A stretch of DNA of 64,000 nt from Myxococcota bacterium (GCA_040386535.1 JAZKFH010000084.1:1-64000); one strand, 5' to 3'. Shown: positions 12,675-21,972, numbered from the stretch's first letter. Numbers and translations: made by a program. Notes: a model not told the origin generated them from the sequence alone.

Positions 12675-12720
12675 CTCCCCTCCTCCTCGCTGCCTCTTCT
12701 CTCGCCTCTTTCTCTCTCCC

Positions 12721-12830
12721 TTCCTGCCTTCCTCTATTCCTGCCTTCCTGATTTGCCTTCCTCCCCCTTCCCCTCCCTTTCCTGCCTTCCTGATTTGCCT
12801 TCCTCCCCGTTCCCCCTTCCCGCCTTCCCG
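12721..12830 (-). repeat. Right arm of the same repeat, in inverted orientation
   Basis: 12721-12753 TTCCTGCCTTCCTCTATTCCTGCCTTCCTGATT is the exact reverse complement of 12141-12173; partial copy at about 12778-12807. Confidence 0.95.
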
Positions 12831-15800
12831 CCCAACATCCACCACCACCGCAAAAACGGCACCACCGGCGCGACGCCGTACCCGTCCGCGACCTCGGCCA
12901 CGCGCAGATCCTCGACGCGGTTGCGCGCGCTGGCGGAGGCGCCGGGCACGTAGAGGCGCACGATGGGGGGCTCGATGCCGCCGGTGGGGGCGAGGTCGGC
13001 GGGCTCGGCGTCGAAGAGCTCGACCGCGATGGCGAAGGGCGGCGCGTCGGGCGGGTACCAGACGTGGACGCCCTCCTCGGCGGACAGGAGCTCGCGGAGC
13101 AAGGGACCGTGCAGGCGGAAGAGCAGCGGGGCGCGGCGTTCGGGCGCCTGGCCGGGGCGGCGGGCCTCCCAGCGGCGGTCGGTGTGCCAGGCCCAGGCCT
13201 CGCGGTCGGGCCAGAGCTCGTCGAGGGCGGTCGTGAGGCGCTCGATGTACGCCGCCACATGCGGACGGCTGGCGGCGCTCGCACCGGTGACCGGTCGGAT
13301 GCGTAGCCACACGGTCTCGGTGTGGCCCGCGGCGCTCGCGGCCAGCTTGTGCTCCAGGATGCGCAGCCGGACGGGCTCGAGCTCGGGGGCGCCGTCGTCC
13401 GCCCAGGCGTGGAGAGGCTGCCCGCCCAACACGAATTCGCGCACGCTGTGGAAGCTGCCGAAGGTGTCCCAGCGCCGCTCGTGTTTGGGCCAGCGCGCCC
13501 GCCGGAGCCGCGCGAGGGCCTGGCTCTGGAGCTCGACGCCGCCGGGCTCGACGGAGAGCGCCCGGAGCGCGTCCTGGAGGCGGTCGCGGAGCTGGTGGAT
13601 CTCGCGCCCCTCGATGGCGACGCCCTCGCGGGAGGCCGTGGCCCGGAACGCGGTGGCGGGGAGGCGGTCGAGGAGCGCGTTGATCGCGGTGGCGTCGAGG
13701 GCCTCGGGCACCGGGCGCGTGGGTTCGGCCGTCGCGAAGTGGAGGACGCTCGCCTCGGCGGTGACCCCCCCGTCGATCGGACGGATGCGCACCACGACGG
13801 GGGCCTCGACCGGGATCGTCGCGAGCAGCGCGGCCATGCGGCCCACCACGTCGCGCTCGATGGTGCGCTTGAGCGCGCGGGCGCCGAGGTCGGGGTCGAA
13901 GCCGGCGGCGGCGAGGCGCTCGAGGGCCACGTCGTCGACCTCCAGCAGCACGGTGCGGCGGAGGAAACCCTCGCGCTGGAGCACACGGTCGAGCTGCAGC
14001 CGCGCGATGCGACGGATGTCGGGCAACGCGAGGGGCTGGAACACGACGATGCGGTCGAGGCGGTTGACCAGCTCGGGGCGGAACGCGCGCTCGACCGCGG
14101 CGCGGTAGCTGGCGTTCATCGAGCCGGTGCCCGCGGCGGAGCCGCCAAAGCCCGTGCCCGCCGCGCGCTGCCCAGACCCGACGTTGGACGTGAGGATCAC
14201 CACAGCCCGCGAGAAGTCGGCCCGGCGGCCGCGCCCGTCGGTCAGGCGGCCCTCGTCGAGCAGCTGGAGCAGCAGATCGTGGACGCTCGGGTGGGCTTTT
14301 TCGATCTCGTCGAGCAGCACGACCGAGTAGGGGTCCTGCCGCACGCGCCCGGTGAGCTGGCCCTCGCGCGTCGCGTCGCCGAGCAGGCGGTACACCGCGC
14401 CCGCGTCGACCAGCTCGTTCATGTCGAAGCGGAGGAGGCGCTCGCGCCCGGGGTAGAGCAGCTCGGCCAGCACCTTGGCGGCCTCGGTCTTGCCGACGCC
14501 GGTGGGGCCCACGAGGAGCCAGGTGGCGAGCGGCTTCTGGGGGCGGGCGAGCCCCGCGCGCAGCACGTGGACCACGTCGGTGAGCACGCCCACGGCTTCG
14601 GGCTGGCCGACGAGGCGCGCGGTGATGCGGTCGCGCAGCTCCGCATCGGGGAGCGGGCGCAGCGGGTCGAACAGGGTGGGGTCGAGGCCGGTGGTGCCGG
14701 TGTAGGCGGCCTCGACGTGGGCGGGGGTGATCTCCGGGTCGCCGCCCTGGGCCCCGACGCGGCTGGCGAGGGCGTCGAGGCGATCCACGAGGCTGCCGGG
14801 GGCCCCGCGCGCGCTGGGGTAGCGCTCGTCGAGCTCGAGGAGCCGGCGCACGGCCTCGAGCGGGATGCGGACGGTGTGCGCGCGCTCGATGCGCTCGAGG
14901 TTGGCGAGCGTCATGCGGATGGCGACGGGGCGGGCGGGCGCGTCGACGCGGATGACGGAGAACAGCTCGGTGAAGGCGCGGTCGGCCTGCTCGAGGCGGT
15001 TCCACTCCTCGGGGGTGGCTTCGAGCAGGAACGGGAGGCGACGCGCCGCCAGCCACGGGCGCAGCAGGCTGCACAGGTTCAGCGCCGAGCCGGCCGAGCG
15101 CCCGACCAGCGAGAGCGCCACGGGGTTGTCGATGTAGATGCCGCCGCGCTGGTGCCCGCCGTCGCGACGCACGAGGTGCTCCAGGATGGCCGTCATTCGG
15201 CGCTCCCACGCGCCCACCTGGCTCATCCCCGCGATGACGCGGTTCGGATCGAGGTGGTGCAGGTGCACGGTGTGCTCGCTGTCGGGCCCCTCCGGCAGCG
15301 CGTCGAGGTAGCGGCGCGTGGCGGCCTCCACCAGCGTGGTCTTGCCGGCGCCCGAGGGCCCCACGAGCACGGTGGGCGCGGGGTTCGCGTCTTCGAACAA
15401 GAGGCGGCGGAGGGTCGCCACGCGGGGATCGGCGACCTGATCGAGGCGGAGGCCGTCCGGATACCGGTCGGCGAGCGGGCTGGAGACCTTGTGGAGCTCG
15501 ACCGCGCCGTCGACCTTGGTGATGCCCGAGAGGGCCTGCAGGAAGGCCATCAGATCGAGCTTGGCGAAGGAGGGTCGCTCGACCTTGACCGTGGTGGTGA
15601 GCCACAAGAAGCGGTCGCCGCGCTGCTCGGCCCAGACCTCCTCCTCGTCCTCCGCGGCGCCCTCGGGACGCTCGTCGGGATCGAGGTCGCGGAACCAGGC
15701 GTCCACCGCGTCCTGGAGCCGGGCGGCCTGGAGCTCGGGCGGGGTGCGCGCGGGCAGCACGAGCACGGCGTTGCGGAGGCGCGGCAGGCACACGACGGGG

Positions 15801-16108
15801 TGGGCGCCGAGTTGGAACCGTAGCGCGGGCGTGCGGATCTCGGTGCGGCGCCGCTGCCAGGGCACGCTTATCGTGGCGGTGCCCTCCACCGCGTGAGCCG
15901 GGATGGCGCCGAGCTTCATCGGGAGCTCGTCCTCGCCGCGCTCGCACGCGTCGTGCACCAGACGGCCGAGCTCCTGGAGCGCGCTCGCCGCGCCGAGTTT
16001 GCGCGCCTTGAGCTTGGGCTCGAACAGGGCCCAGCCCTCGTGGAGGCGGCGGTCGTCCTCCGTCTGGAGGCGGAAGAAGGCGGGGTAGCGAACGCGGGTG
16101 GTGGCCAT
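12734..16108 (-). CDS. ClpA/B-like double AAA+ ATPase with C-terminal release-factor-like domain
   Basis: D1 GPSGAGKT / IYIDNP; D2 GPTGVGKT, RFDMNE, VVLLDEIEKAHP, FRPELVNRLD, GARALKR; C-terminal LHGP..LLSAEEGVH and IVRLY..RVEDLR. Confidence 0.9.
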   Translation of the reverse strand: MATTRVRYPAFFRLQTEDDRRLHEGWALFEPKLKARKLGAASALQELGRLVHDACERGEDELPMKLGAIPAHAVEGTATISVPWQRRRTEIRTPALRFQLGAHPVVCLPRLRNAVLVLPARTPPELQAARLQDAVDAWFRDLDPDERPEGAAEDEEEVWAEQRGDRFLWLTTTVKVERPSFAKLDLMAFLQALSGITKVDGAVELHKVSSPLADRYPDGLRLDQVADPRVATLRRLLFEDANPAPTVLVGPSGAGKTTLVEAATRRYLDALPEGPDSEHTVHLHHLDPNRVIAGMSQVGAWERRMTAILEHLVRRDGGHQRGGIYIDNPVALSLVGRSAGSALNLCSLLRPWLAARRLPFLLEATPEEWNRLEQADRAFTELFSVIRVDAPARPVAIRMTLANLERIERAHTVRIPLEAVRRLLELDERYPSARGAPGSLVDRLDALASRVGAQGGDPEITPAHVEAAYTGTTGLDPTLFDPLRPLPDAELRDRITARLVGQPEAVGVLTDVVHVLRAGLARPQKPLATWLLVGPTGVGKTEAAKVLAELLYPGRERLLRFDMNELVDAGAVYRLLGDATREGQLTGRVRQDPYSVVLLDEIEKAHPSVHDLLLQLLDEGRLTDGRGRRADFSRAVVILTSNVGSGQRAAGTGFGGSAAGTGSMNASYRAAVERAFRPELVNRLDRIVVFQPLALPDIRRIARLQLDRVLQREGFLRRTVLLEVDDVALERLAAAGFDPDLGARALKRTIERDVVGRMAALLATIPVEAPVVVRIRPIDGGVTAEASVLHFATAEPTRPVPEALDATAINALLDRLPATAFRATASREGVAIEGREIHQLRDRLQDALRALSVEPGGVELQSQALARLRRARWPKHERRWDTFGSFHSVREFVLGGQPLHAWADDGAPELEPVRLRILEHKLAASAAGHTETVWLRIRPVTGASAASRPHVAAYIERLTTALDELWPDREAWAWHTDRRWEARRPGQAPERRAPLLFRLHGPLLRELLSAEEGVHVWYPPDAPPFAIAVELFDAEPADLAPTGGIEPPIVRLYVPGASASARNRVEDLRVAEVADGYGVAPVVPFLRWWWMLGGKAGRGNGEEGKSGRQEREGKGEEGKSGRQE

Positions 16109-16191
16109 CGGTGGCACGGGGCGTAACGCGGGGGGGCTCGCGGCCCGCGCGTCCCCGCCCATGACCTACCCGCTTCCGCTCCCGGAGCGCC

Positions 16192-16599
16192 TCAGGACCG
16201 CTTCGCTCTCTCCTCCGCCTCAATCTGCGCGCGCACCTCCGCGCGGATCCTCTCCTCCATCTCGATGCGCTTCCGCACCTCCGCGAGCTCCCGCTCCTCC
16301 CGCTCGATCCGGGCTCGCGTGTCGAGAGCAGGCGCGCTGGGCGGCGGCATGAGCTTCTGCATGTTCGCGCTCGGCGCGGCGGCTGTCGGCGGCGCCGCGT
16401 GTGAGTAATCGGCAGCATCGTGCGCCACGGTGGACGAGGTGTTGGCGTCAGGCAGCAGCAGGATGGCGATCAGGCCGAGCGGACCGAACAGAAAGCACCA
16501 GATCGCGCCGCTCGTCTGCTGCCCCTTGCCCTCGCCGAGTTTGTAGCCGACGGCCGACCAGAAACCAGCCCAGCCCAGCGCGGCGCACAAAAACTCCAT
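16192..16599 (-). CDS. Hypothetical membrane protein with C-terminal coiled coil
   Basis: GGAGG RBS; K.KG..GAIWCFLFGPLGLIAILLLP two-TM motif; E/R-rich tail. Confidence 0.7.
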   Translation of the reverse strand: MEFLCAALGWAGFWSAVGYKLGEGKGQQTSGAIWCFLFGPLGLIAILLLPDANTSSTVAHDAADYSHAAPPTAAAPSANMQKLMPPPSAPALDTRARIEREERELAEVRKRIEMEERIRAEVRAQIEAEERAKRS

Positions 16600-16702
16600 C
16601 GAACCTCCCGCGCTGAGGTGCGCGTGTCGGGAGGCTACCATGCCCCGGGTTGCAAATCTGACGGTGTGGGAGCCGCGTCTCCGCGCCAGTTACGATTCGC
16701 CG

Positions 16703-18007
16703 ATGTTGCTCCTGCTGCCGATCTCCGCCCTCGCCGCCACCCTCCAGGTCGGCCCCGACAAGCCGTACGCCACCCCGTGCGCCGCCGCGGCCGCGGTCCA
16801 GGACGGCGACACCGTCGAGATCGACGCCGGCACCTACACCGGCGATGTGTGCGCGTGGACCGCCGACGGCCTGACGCTCCGGGGCGTCGGTGGCTTCGCG
16901 CGGCTCGACGCGGCGGGTGCGGCCGCCCAGGGAAAGGCCATCTGGGTGATCCAGGGCGACGACACGACGATCGAGTGGATCGAGTTCACCGGCGCCACCG
17001 TGCCCGACCAGAACGGCGCCGGAATCCGGCAGGAGGGCACCCACCTGACCGTGCGTCATTGCTATTTTCACGACAACGAGAACGGCATCCTGGCGGGCGA
17101 CAATCCCGCTAGTGACATCGTGGTGACCGACAGCGAATTTGCCGACAACGGCTACGGCGACGGCCAGTCGCACAACCTGTACATCAACCATGTCCGCAGC
17201 CTGACGTTCCAATTCAACCACAGCTACCACGCGAACAAGGGCCACACCCTCAAGTCGCGCGCCGCGGCGACCTGGGTGCTGTACAGCCGGCTCACCGACG
17301 AGGCGGACGGGCAGGGCAGCTACCAGGTCGACCTGCCGAACGGCGGCTTCGCGGTGGTGCTCGGCAACGTGATCCAGCAGGGCCCCGCCGCCGAGAACGG
17401 GGGGATGGTCAGCTTCGCCGCCGAGGGGGCCACCAACCCCGAGCAGGCGCTGTACGTCGTCAACAACACGTTCGTGAACGATCGCGGCTCGGGCACGTTC
17501 GTCCGCAACGCATCGACCGTGGACGCCGTGGTGGTGAACAACCTGTTCGTGGGCGGCGGCACCGCGCTCGACGGGCCCGGCGCCCCGCTCACCTGCCTGG
17601 AGACCGACGATGCCGGCTTCGTGGACGCGGCCGGCGCCAACTATTCGCTGGCTGCGGGTGCGGCGGCGATCGACGCGGGCAGTGATCCCGGCTCGGTGGG
17701 GGACGCGTCGTTGTGGCCGGCGTGGCATCCGGGCGGGGCGGCGCGGCCCGTGGTCGGGGCGATTGACGTTGGGGCGTATGAGTTCGGCGTCGCGGAGCCG
17801 GACACCGGGGGGGATTCGGGGTCGGGGGACTCGGGGGACTCGGGGGACTCGGGGGACACCGACTCCGCGCCGGACACCGCCACCGACATCGACGCTCCCG
17901 CGGTCGGGTGTGGCTGCACGACCGGGACGGGCGCTCCTGCACTTACGCTGCTCGGGGTCCTCGTGGCGCTCGGGGCCCGGCGTCGGGGGCGGGCTACAGC
18001 CCGTTGA
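16703..18007 (+). CDS. Secreted right-handed parallel beta-helix protein with MYXO-CTERM-like sorting signal
   Basis: Signal peptide, VPDQNGAGIR, HDNENGIL, GDGQSHNLYI, GHTLKSRA; C-terminal GCGC-linker-hydrophobic helix-RRR. Confidence 0.85.
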   Translation: MLLLLPISALAATLQVGPDKPYATPCAAAAAVQDGDTVEIDAGTYTGDVCAWTADGLTLRGVGGFARLDAAGAAAQGKAIWVIQGDDTTIEWIEFTGATVPDQNGAGIRQEGTHLTVRHCYFHDNENGILAGDNPASDIVVTDSEFADNGYGDGQSHNLYINHVRSLTFQFNHSYHANKGHTLKSRAAATWVLYSRLTDEADGQGSYQVDLPNGGFAVVLGNVIQQGPAAENGGMVSFAAEGATNPEQALYVVNNTFVNDRGSGTFVRNASTVDAVVVNNLFVGGGTALDGPGAPLTCLETDDAGFVDAAGANYSLAAGAAAIDAGSDPGSVGDASLWPAWHPGGAARPVVGAIDVGAYEFGVAEPDTGGDSGSGDSGDSGDSGDTDSAPDTATDIDAPAVGCGCTTGTGAPALTLLGVLVALGARRRGRATAR

Positions 18008-18815
18008 GTCGGTCGACCACCCCGAACAGGTCACCCGCGGTGTACCAATCCACCGCCACGATGTTCGGGTTGCGTCCAAACGCGGCGGCGCACTCGGTGG
18101 CGCGCCCGTGAAGCACGGTTTCGGCGTTGGCTTCTTGCGCCTGGGCCTCGCTGGGGAGCGGATCCGCGATCCAATGGTTGAGCAGGAAGAGGGGATTGGT
18201 GAGCGAGCCGCGGTTGACGTCACAGGTGAAGTCGTCGACGGTCGCGAAGTCGTACGGTGTGTCGACGTACAGGCCCCACGCGGGTTGGTACCAATCCGGC
18301 GGCGGCCCGCCCGACTCGGCGGTGACGAGCAGGCGTGTGTCGGCCGCGATCATCTCGCCCAGCGTCGGCCACGCGCCGCCGTCCCATGTGTAGACGTACC
18401 GATCGAGCCCCGACGCGGCGAAGGCGGCGGCGGTGTCTTCGGCGGAGATGCCGTTCTCGACGATGAACGCCATCACCTCGCCGCGGTGCTCGTCGAGGAA
18501 CGCGCGGATGACACCGAGCCCCTCCACGAGCGGCGTGGCGCCGAGCTCGCAGTATCCATGACACAGGTACGCCTCGCCGTCCCAGTCGTGGGTGTCGAGC
18601 AGCATCGCACGGACCCCGTCGTCCAACTGGCGCGCGAGCGGGTGGGGTTGGTTGGGGATCTGCCACCCGTCGTCGCGGTTGGACATGCTGTTGTGGGTGC
18701 CGGCCAACGTGACGGTGTCGAAGGGGCGATCACACAGCTCGGCATGGCCGTTGCACGTGTCGGGGAGGGCCGAGTCGACGGGGGCGGGGGTGGTGCATGC
18801 GGCGAGGAGGAGCAC
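17994..18815 (-). CDS. PI-PLC X-domain-like phosphodiesterase lipoprotein
   Basis: CNGHAELCDR.FD.V..AGTHNS, NQ..L..QLDDGVR.MLLD.H, YLCH, LLNHW, PNIVAVDWY. Confidence 0.88.
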   Translation of the reverse strand: MLLLAACTTPAPVDSALPDTCNGHAELCDRPFDTVTLAGTHNSMSNRDDGWQIPNQPHPLARQLDDGVRAMLLDTHDWDGEAYLCHGYCELGATPLVEGLGVIRAFLDEHRGEVMAFIVENGISAEDTAAAFAASGLDRYVYTWDGGAWPTLGEMIAADTRLLVTAESGGPPPDWYQPAWGLYVDTPYDFATVDDFTCDVNRGSLTNPLFLLNHWIADPLPSEAQAQEANAETVLHGRATECAAAFGRNPNIVAVDWYTAGDLFGVVDRLNGL

Positions 18816-18883
18816 GGTGGGGGTGTATCGTCTGGGGAGGGCTACGGCTGGGCCTCCGGAGCACGGACGCCGGCGCTGGCGCA

Positions 18884-19150
18884 GAAAAGCCGGTGTTTGC
18901 CCGTGCGCGAGGGCGCTCGCGGCGGCTGGAGCGGCCGCGACCCGACAGAAACCGCCTCACGCCCGGCAGTGACGCCCGTTCTGTCGGGTCGTGAGGGCCC
19001 GGGGGACCGCCGACGCGGACCTCGAATCCGAAAAGCCGGCGTTGGTTCGTGCGCGAGGGTGGGCGCGGCGGTCGTGCGGAGCGAATCGGACGCCGGGGAC
19101 CCGACAGAAACCGCCTCACGCCCGACAGTGACGCCCGTTCTGTCGGGTCG
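18884..19150. repeat. Tandem pair of REP/BIME-like units, each ending in a 53-bp hairpin
   Basis: 18939-18991 and 19098-19150 differ at 1 nt; 12-bp stem GACCCGACAGAA/TTCTGTCGGGTC; both preceded by GAAAAGCCGG..CGTGCGCGAGGG. Confidence 0.9.
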
Positions 19151-19189
19151 GGAGCGCCAGTGGGCCTCGGGACCGCCAGCGCCGCCCCA

Positions 19190-19756
19190 TCACCATCCCC
19201 ACGACCACCACGCCTCCGGCACGCACGGCTTCGACGCCGAGCCGGGAGCGGCGACCTCGTACAGCGTCTCCGTGCTCTCGTTGCCCGCGAGGTCCACGGC
19301 CGTCACCCCCAGCGTCGCCGCGAACGCCTCCTGGTCGTCGGTCGCGCCGTCGATCCAAAACAGGGAGAGCACCGCGGTGCCATTCCGCGCGAACGCGAAG
19401 GCCGAAGCGATCGTGGTCTCGGCGCTGTAGCGGGGCTGCGGGAGCGCCCCCCGGACTACGCGCACGCGGTAGCCGACGCCCATCTGGACGTGCCCGGTCT
19501 CGACGGCGGGCGACCGATCGTCCACGGCGGCGCGGAAGTGGAGCGTGATCGTGCCGGAATGGTCGCAGCTGTCGGGCGACGCGCGGCGGCCGTCTACACA
19601 CGCTGGCTCCCGCCCGCGGTTGACGCGCACGGCGATCGCCGCACCCGGCGGGCCGGGCGCAACGGTGTCGTCGCTCCCAGGATCGATCACGAAGGCCGCC
19701 GGCAAGAGGTGCGAGCAGGCGTGCGCGGGCGTGGAGAGCGCGAGCAGCAGGAGCAT
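19190..19756 (-). CDS. Secreted hypothetical protein
   Basis: Signal peptide ending AHA-C; Ig/FN3-like tail AVDLAGNES. Confidence 0.7.
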   Translation of the reverse strand: MLLLLALSTPAHACSHLLPAAFVIDPGSDDTVAPGPPGAAIAVRVNRGREPACVDGRRASPDSCDHSGTITLHFRAAVDDRSPAVETGHVQMGVGYRVRVVRGALPQPRYSAETTIASAFAFARNGTAVLSLFWIDGATDDQEAFAATLGVTAVDLAGNESTETLYEVAAPGSASKPCVPEAWWSWGW

Positions 19757-19812
19757 GCCCCCCTGTAAGCAGCCCGCCGTGCCCTCGTTGTCCCGGCGAA
19801 CCCCTGGACACC

Positions 19813-20778
19813 ATGCTCTCCGTCGTCGCCTTCCTCTTCCTGAACGCCGCCCACGCCCGCACCGAGACCCCCGTCCGCGCCACGTTGGGTGACGGCCAGA
19901 TCCTCATGGGCGAGGTGCGCACCAAGACCCTCCTCTTGCTCAGCGGCTCCGGCACGTTGGAGATCCCGCTGGCGGACGTGGGCGAGGTCGTGCCGGCCGC
20001 CGCGGGTGGCCTGGGCGAGTCGGAGGGGCGCGTGGACGTTTGGCTCAAGAATGGCAGCGAATTGCGTGGCACGTGGGCCGATCCCAAGCTGGCGATGAGC
20101 ATCAAGGTGGGTGGGTCCAAGGTGGCGGTCGACCTGCCGATGAACGATCTCTCTCGCTTCCAGCTGCAGGGTGACGCGCGGTGGCCCGCCGGCCCCGTGT
20201 ACCGGATGCGCACGCGTTTGGGCGACGACTTCCTGGTCGATCCCGCCCGCACCCAGCTCGTGGTAGAGAACGACTTCGGCACGTTTGCCCCACTCTTGTC
20301 CGAGTGCCGCTCGGTGGCGCCGGTGTCGGAGCCCGAGGGCCTGTGGCGCATCGAGCTGCAGACCGGCACGGTGCTGCTCGGGCACCTCCAGGACGGGCAG
20401 GTGACCGTGGCGCTGCCGATGGGCCCGGCCCAGATGTCGGTGCCGCTCGACCAATTCGTGTCATTGCGCGTGGAGCGTTGGGACGCGCGTCAAGCGGTGG
20501 CGGCCCCGCCGTACGTGGCGCCGGGCGGACGCGGGGATGCCCTGGAGACCCCGTACCATGCCCCCGCCTACCCCCCGATCTACCCCACCGCGCAGGCACC
20601 GACGGTGACCAGCGAAGCGACGACCACCGCGCGTGGCGGGCCGGCGCGGGCGTCGGCGCGCGGGGCCCAGGCGCGGCCCAACGACTCCGTCGCGGAAGCG
20701 GAGCAGGCGCAGAAGGACGACTGGTTCGACAACACCGCGCTGCAGGCGACGAAGGAGGCGCTGGAGGACAGCGAGTGA
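19813..20778 (+). CDS. Secreted hypothetical protein
   Basis: Signal peptide, strong GC3 bias, beta-rich repeated units, Pro/Ala-rich tail. Confidence 0.75.
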   Translation: MLSVVAFLFLNAAHARTETPVRATLGDGQILMGEVRTKTLLLLSGSGTLEIPLADVGEVVPAAAGGLGESEGRVDVWLKNGSELRGTWADPKLAMSIKVGGSKVAVDLPMNDLSRFQLQGDARWPAGPVYRMRTRLGDDFLVDPARTQLVVENDFGTFAPLLSECRSVAPVSEPEGLWRIELQTGTVLLGHLQDGQVTVALPMGPAQMSVPLDQFVSLRVERWDARQAVAAPPYVAPGGRGDALETPYHAPAYPPIYPTAQAPTVTSEATTTARGGPARASARGAQARPNDSVAEAEQAQKDDWFDNTALQATKEALEDSE

Positions 20779-20811
20779 CACGCGGGCCCGAAAGCCCGGC
20801 TATCGTGGAGC

Positions 20812-21972
20812 GTGGAGGCGCCCTTGTCCGACTCGTACCGCTCGCTCCTGGTCCTGTTGCTGCCGCTCGTGGCGTGTCCCTACCCCTCGAAGGAGGACAC
20901 GGGCGAGACCGGTGACACCGACAGCGCCACCGACACCGACACGGACACCGACACGGACACGCGCACGACCGAGAGCGAGACCGGCTGTTACGCGGTCGAC
21001 CCCTCGCTCACCACGTGCCCGGCGCCCGAGAAGGTGCTGGTCGACAACGTCATCCCGGCCACGTGCGGCGCGGAGGTCCTGACGGTCGACGGCGCGGGCA
21101 CACTCTCCGAGAGCTGCGGCTACATCGGCGGCGCGGTGCCCGGCGGCTGGTGCCTGTACCCCATCACGGTCCTCGCGCCCGAGGACCCCTGCGACTACGG
21201 GCGCCCCTTGGTGCTCGGCGGCCGGCCCCGGCTGGCCCGGCTGGCCCGCGTTCGCGGGTGGGCCGACGCCGCCGCTTCCACGTCGCGCACCGCCGGCGCG
21301 CCCGCTGAAGCCCCGTCCCCCGAAGCCCCGTCGCGCGCCGCCCTCGCGGAGACCTGGGCGCGCATCGGCCTCGCCGAGCACGCATCGGTCGCGTCGTTCT
21401 CCCGCTTCGCGCTCGAGCTGCTCGCGCTCGGCGCGCCCGCCGCGCTCGTGACCGGGGCGCACGCCGCCGCGCTCGACGAGGTGCGCCACGCGAAGCTGGC
21501 GTTCGGCCTCGCCTCGGCGTACGCGGGCGACACCCTGGGGCCCGGCCCGCTGCCCCTCGGCGATCTGGTGCTCCACGCCGATCTCGTGGCGTTCGCCGAG
21601 GCGACCGCGCGCGAGGGCTGTGTCGCGGAGACCTTGTCCGCGCTGCAGATGGCCGAGGCGCGCGACCGCGCGACCGACCCCGAGGTCCGCGCCGTGCTCA
21701 CCGGCATCGCCCGCGACGAGGCCCGGCACGCCGCGCTCGCGTGGAAGACCGTGCGCTGGGCCATCGACGCCGGCGGGGAGCCCGTCCGCGCCGCCGTCGC
21801 GCGGGCGCTCGCCATCCAGCCCTCGGTCCCGGGCGACGACGTCGCGGGCCTCCTGCCCCCCGCCGTCGCGCGCGAGACGATCCGCCGCGGTTGGGCCGAG
21901 GTCGTGGCGCCCGCCGCCGCGGCGCTGCTCGGCGGTGGATCGCCGGTGCCGATGGTCGACGCGCACGCCTGA
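20812..21972 (+). CDS. Lipoprotein with C-terminal ferritin-like (di-metal) domain
   Basis: Lipobox LVAC, DT linker, Cys-rich region, CDYGRP junction, EHAS..F.RF, DEVRHA, EGCVAET, DEARHA. Confidence 0.85.
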   Translation: MEAPLSDSYRSLLVLLLPLVACPYPSKEDTGETGDTDSATDTDTDTDTDTRTTESETGCYAVDPSLTTCPAPEKVLVDNVIPATCGAEVLTVDGAGTLSESCGYIGGAVPGGWCLYPITVLAPEDPCDYGRPLVLGGRPRLARLARVRGWADAAASTSRTAGAPAEAPSPEAPSRAALAETWARIGLAEHASVASFSRFALELLALGAPAALVTGAHAAALDEVRHAKLAFGLASAYAGDTLGPGPLPLGDLVLHADLVAFAEATAREGCVAETLSALQMAEARDRATDPEVRAVLTGIARDEARHAALAWKTVRWAIDAGGEPVRAAVARALAIQPSVPGDDVAGLLPPAVARETIRRGWAEVVAPAAAALLGGGSPVPMVDAHA

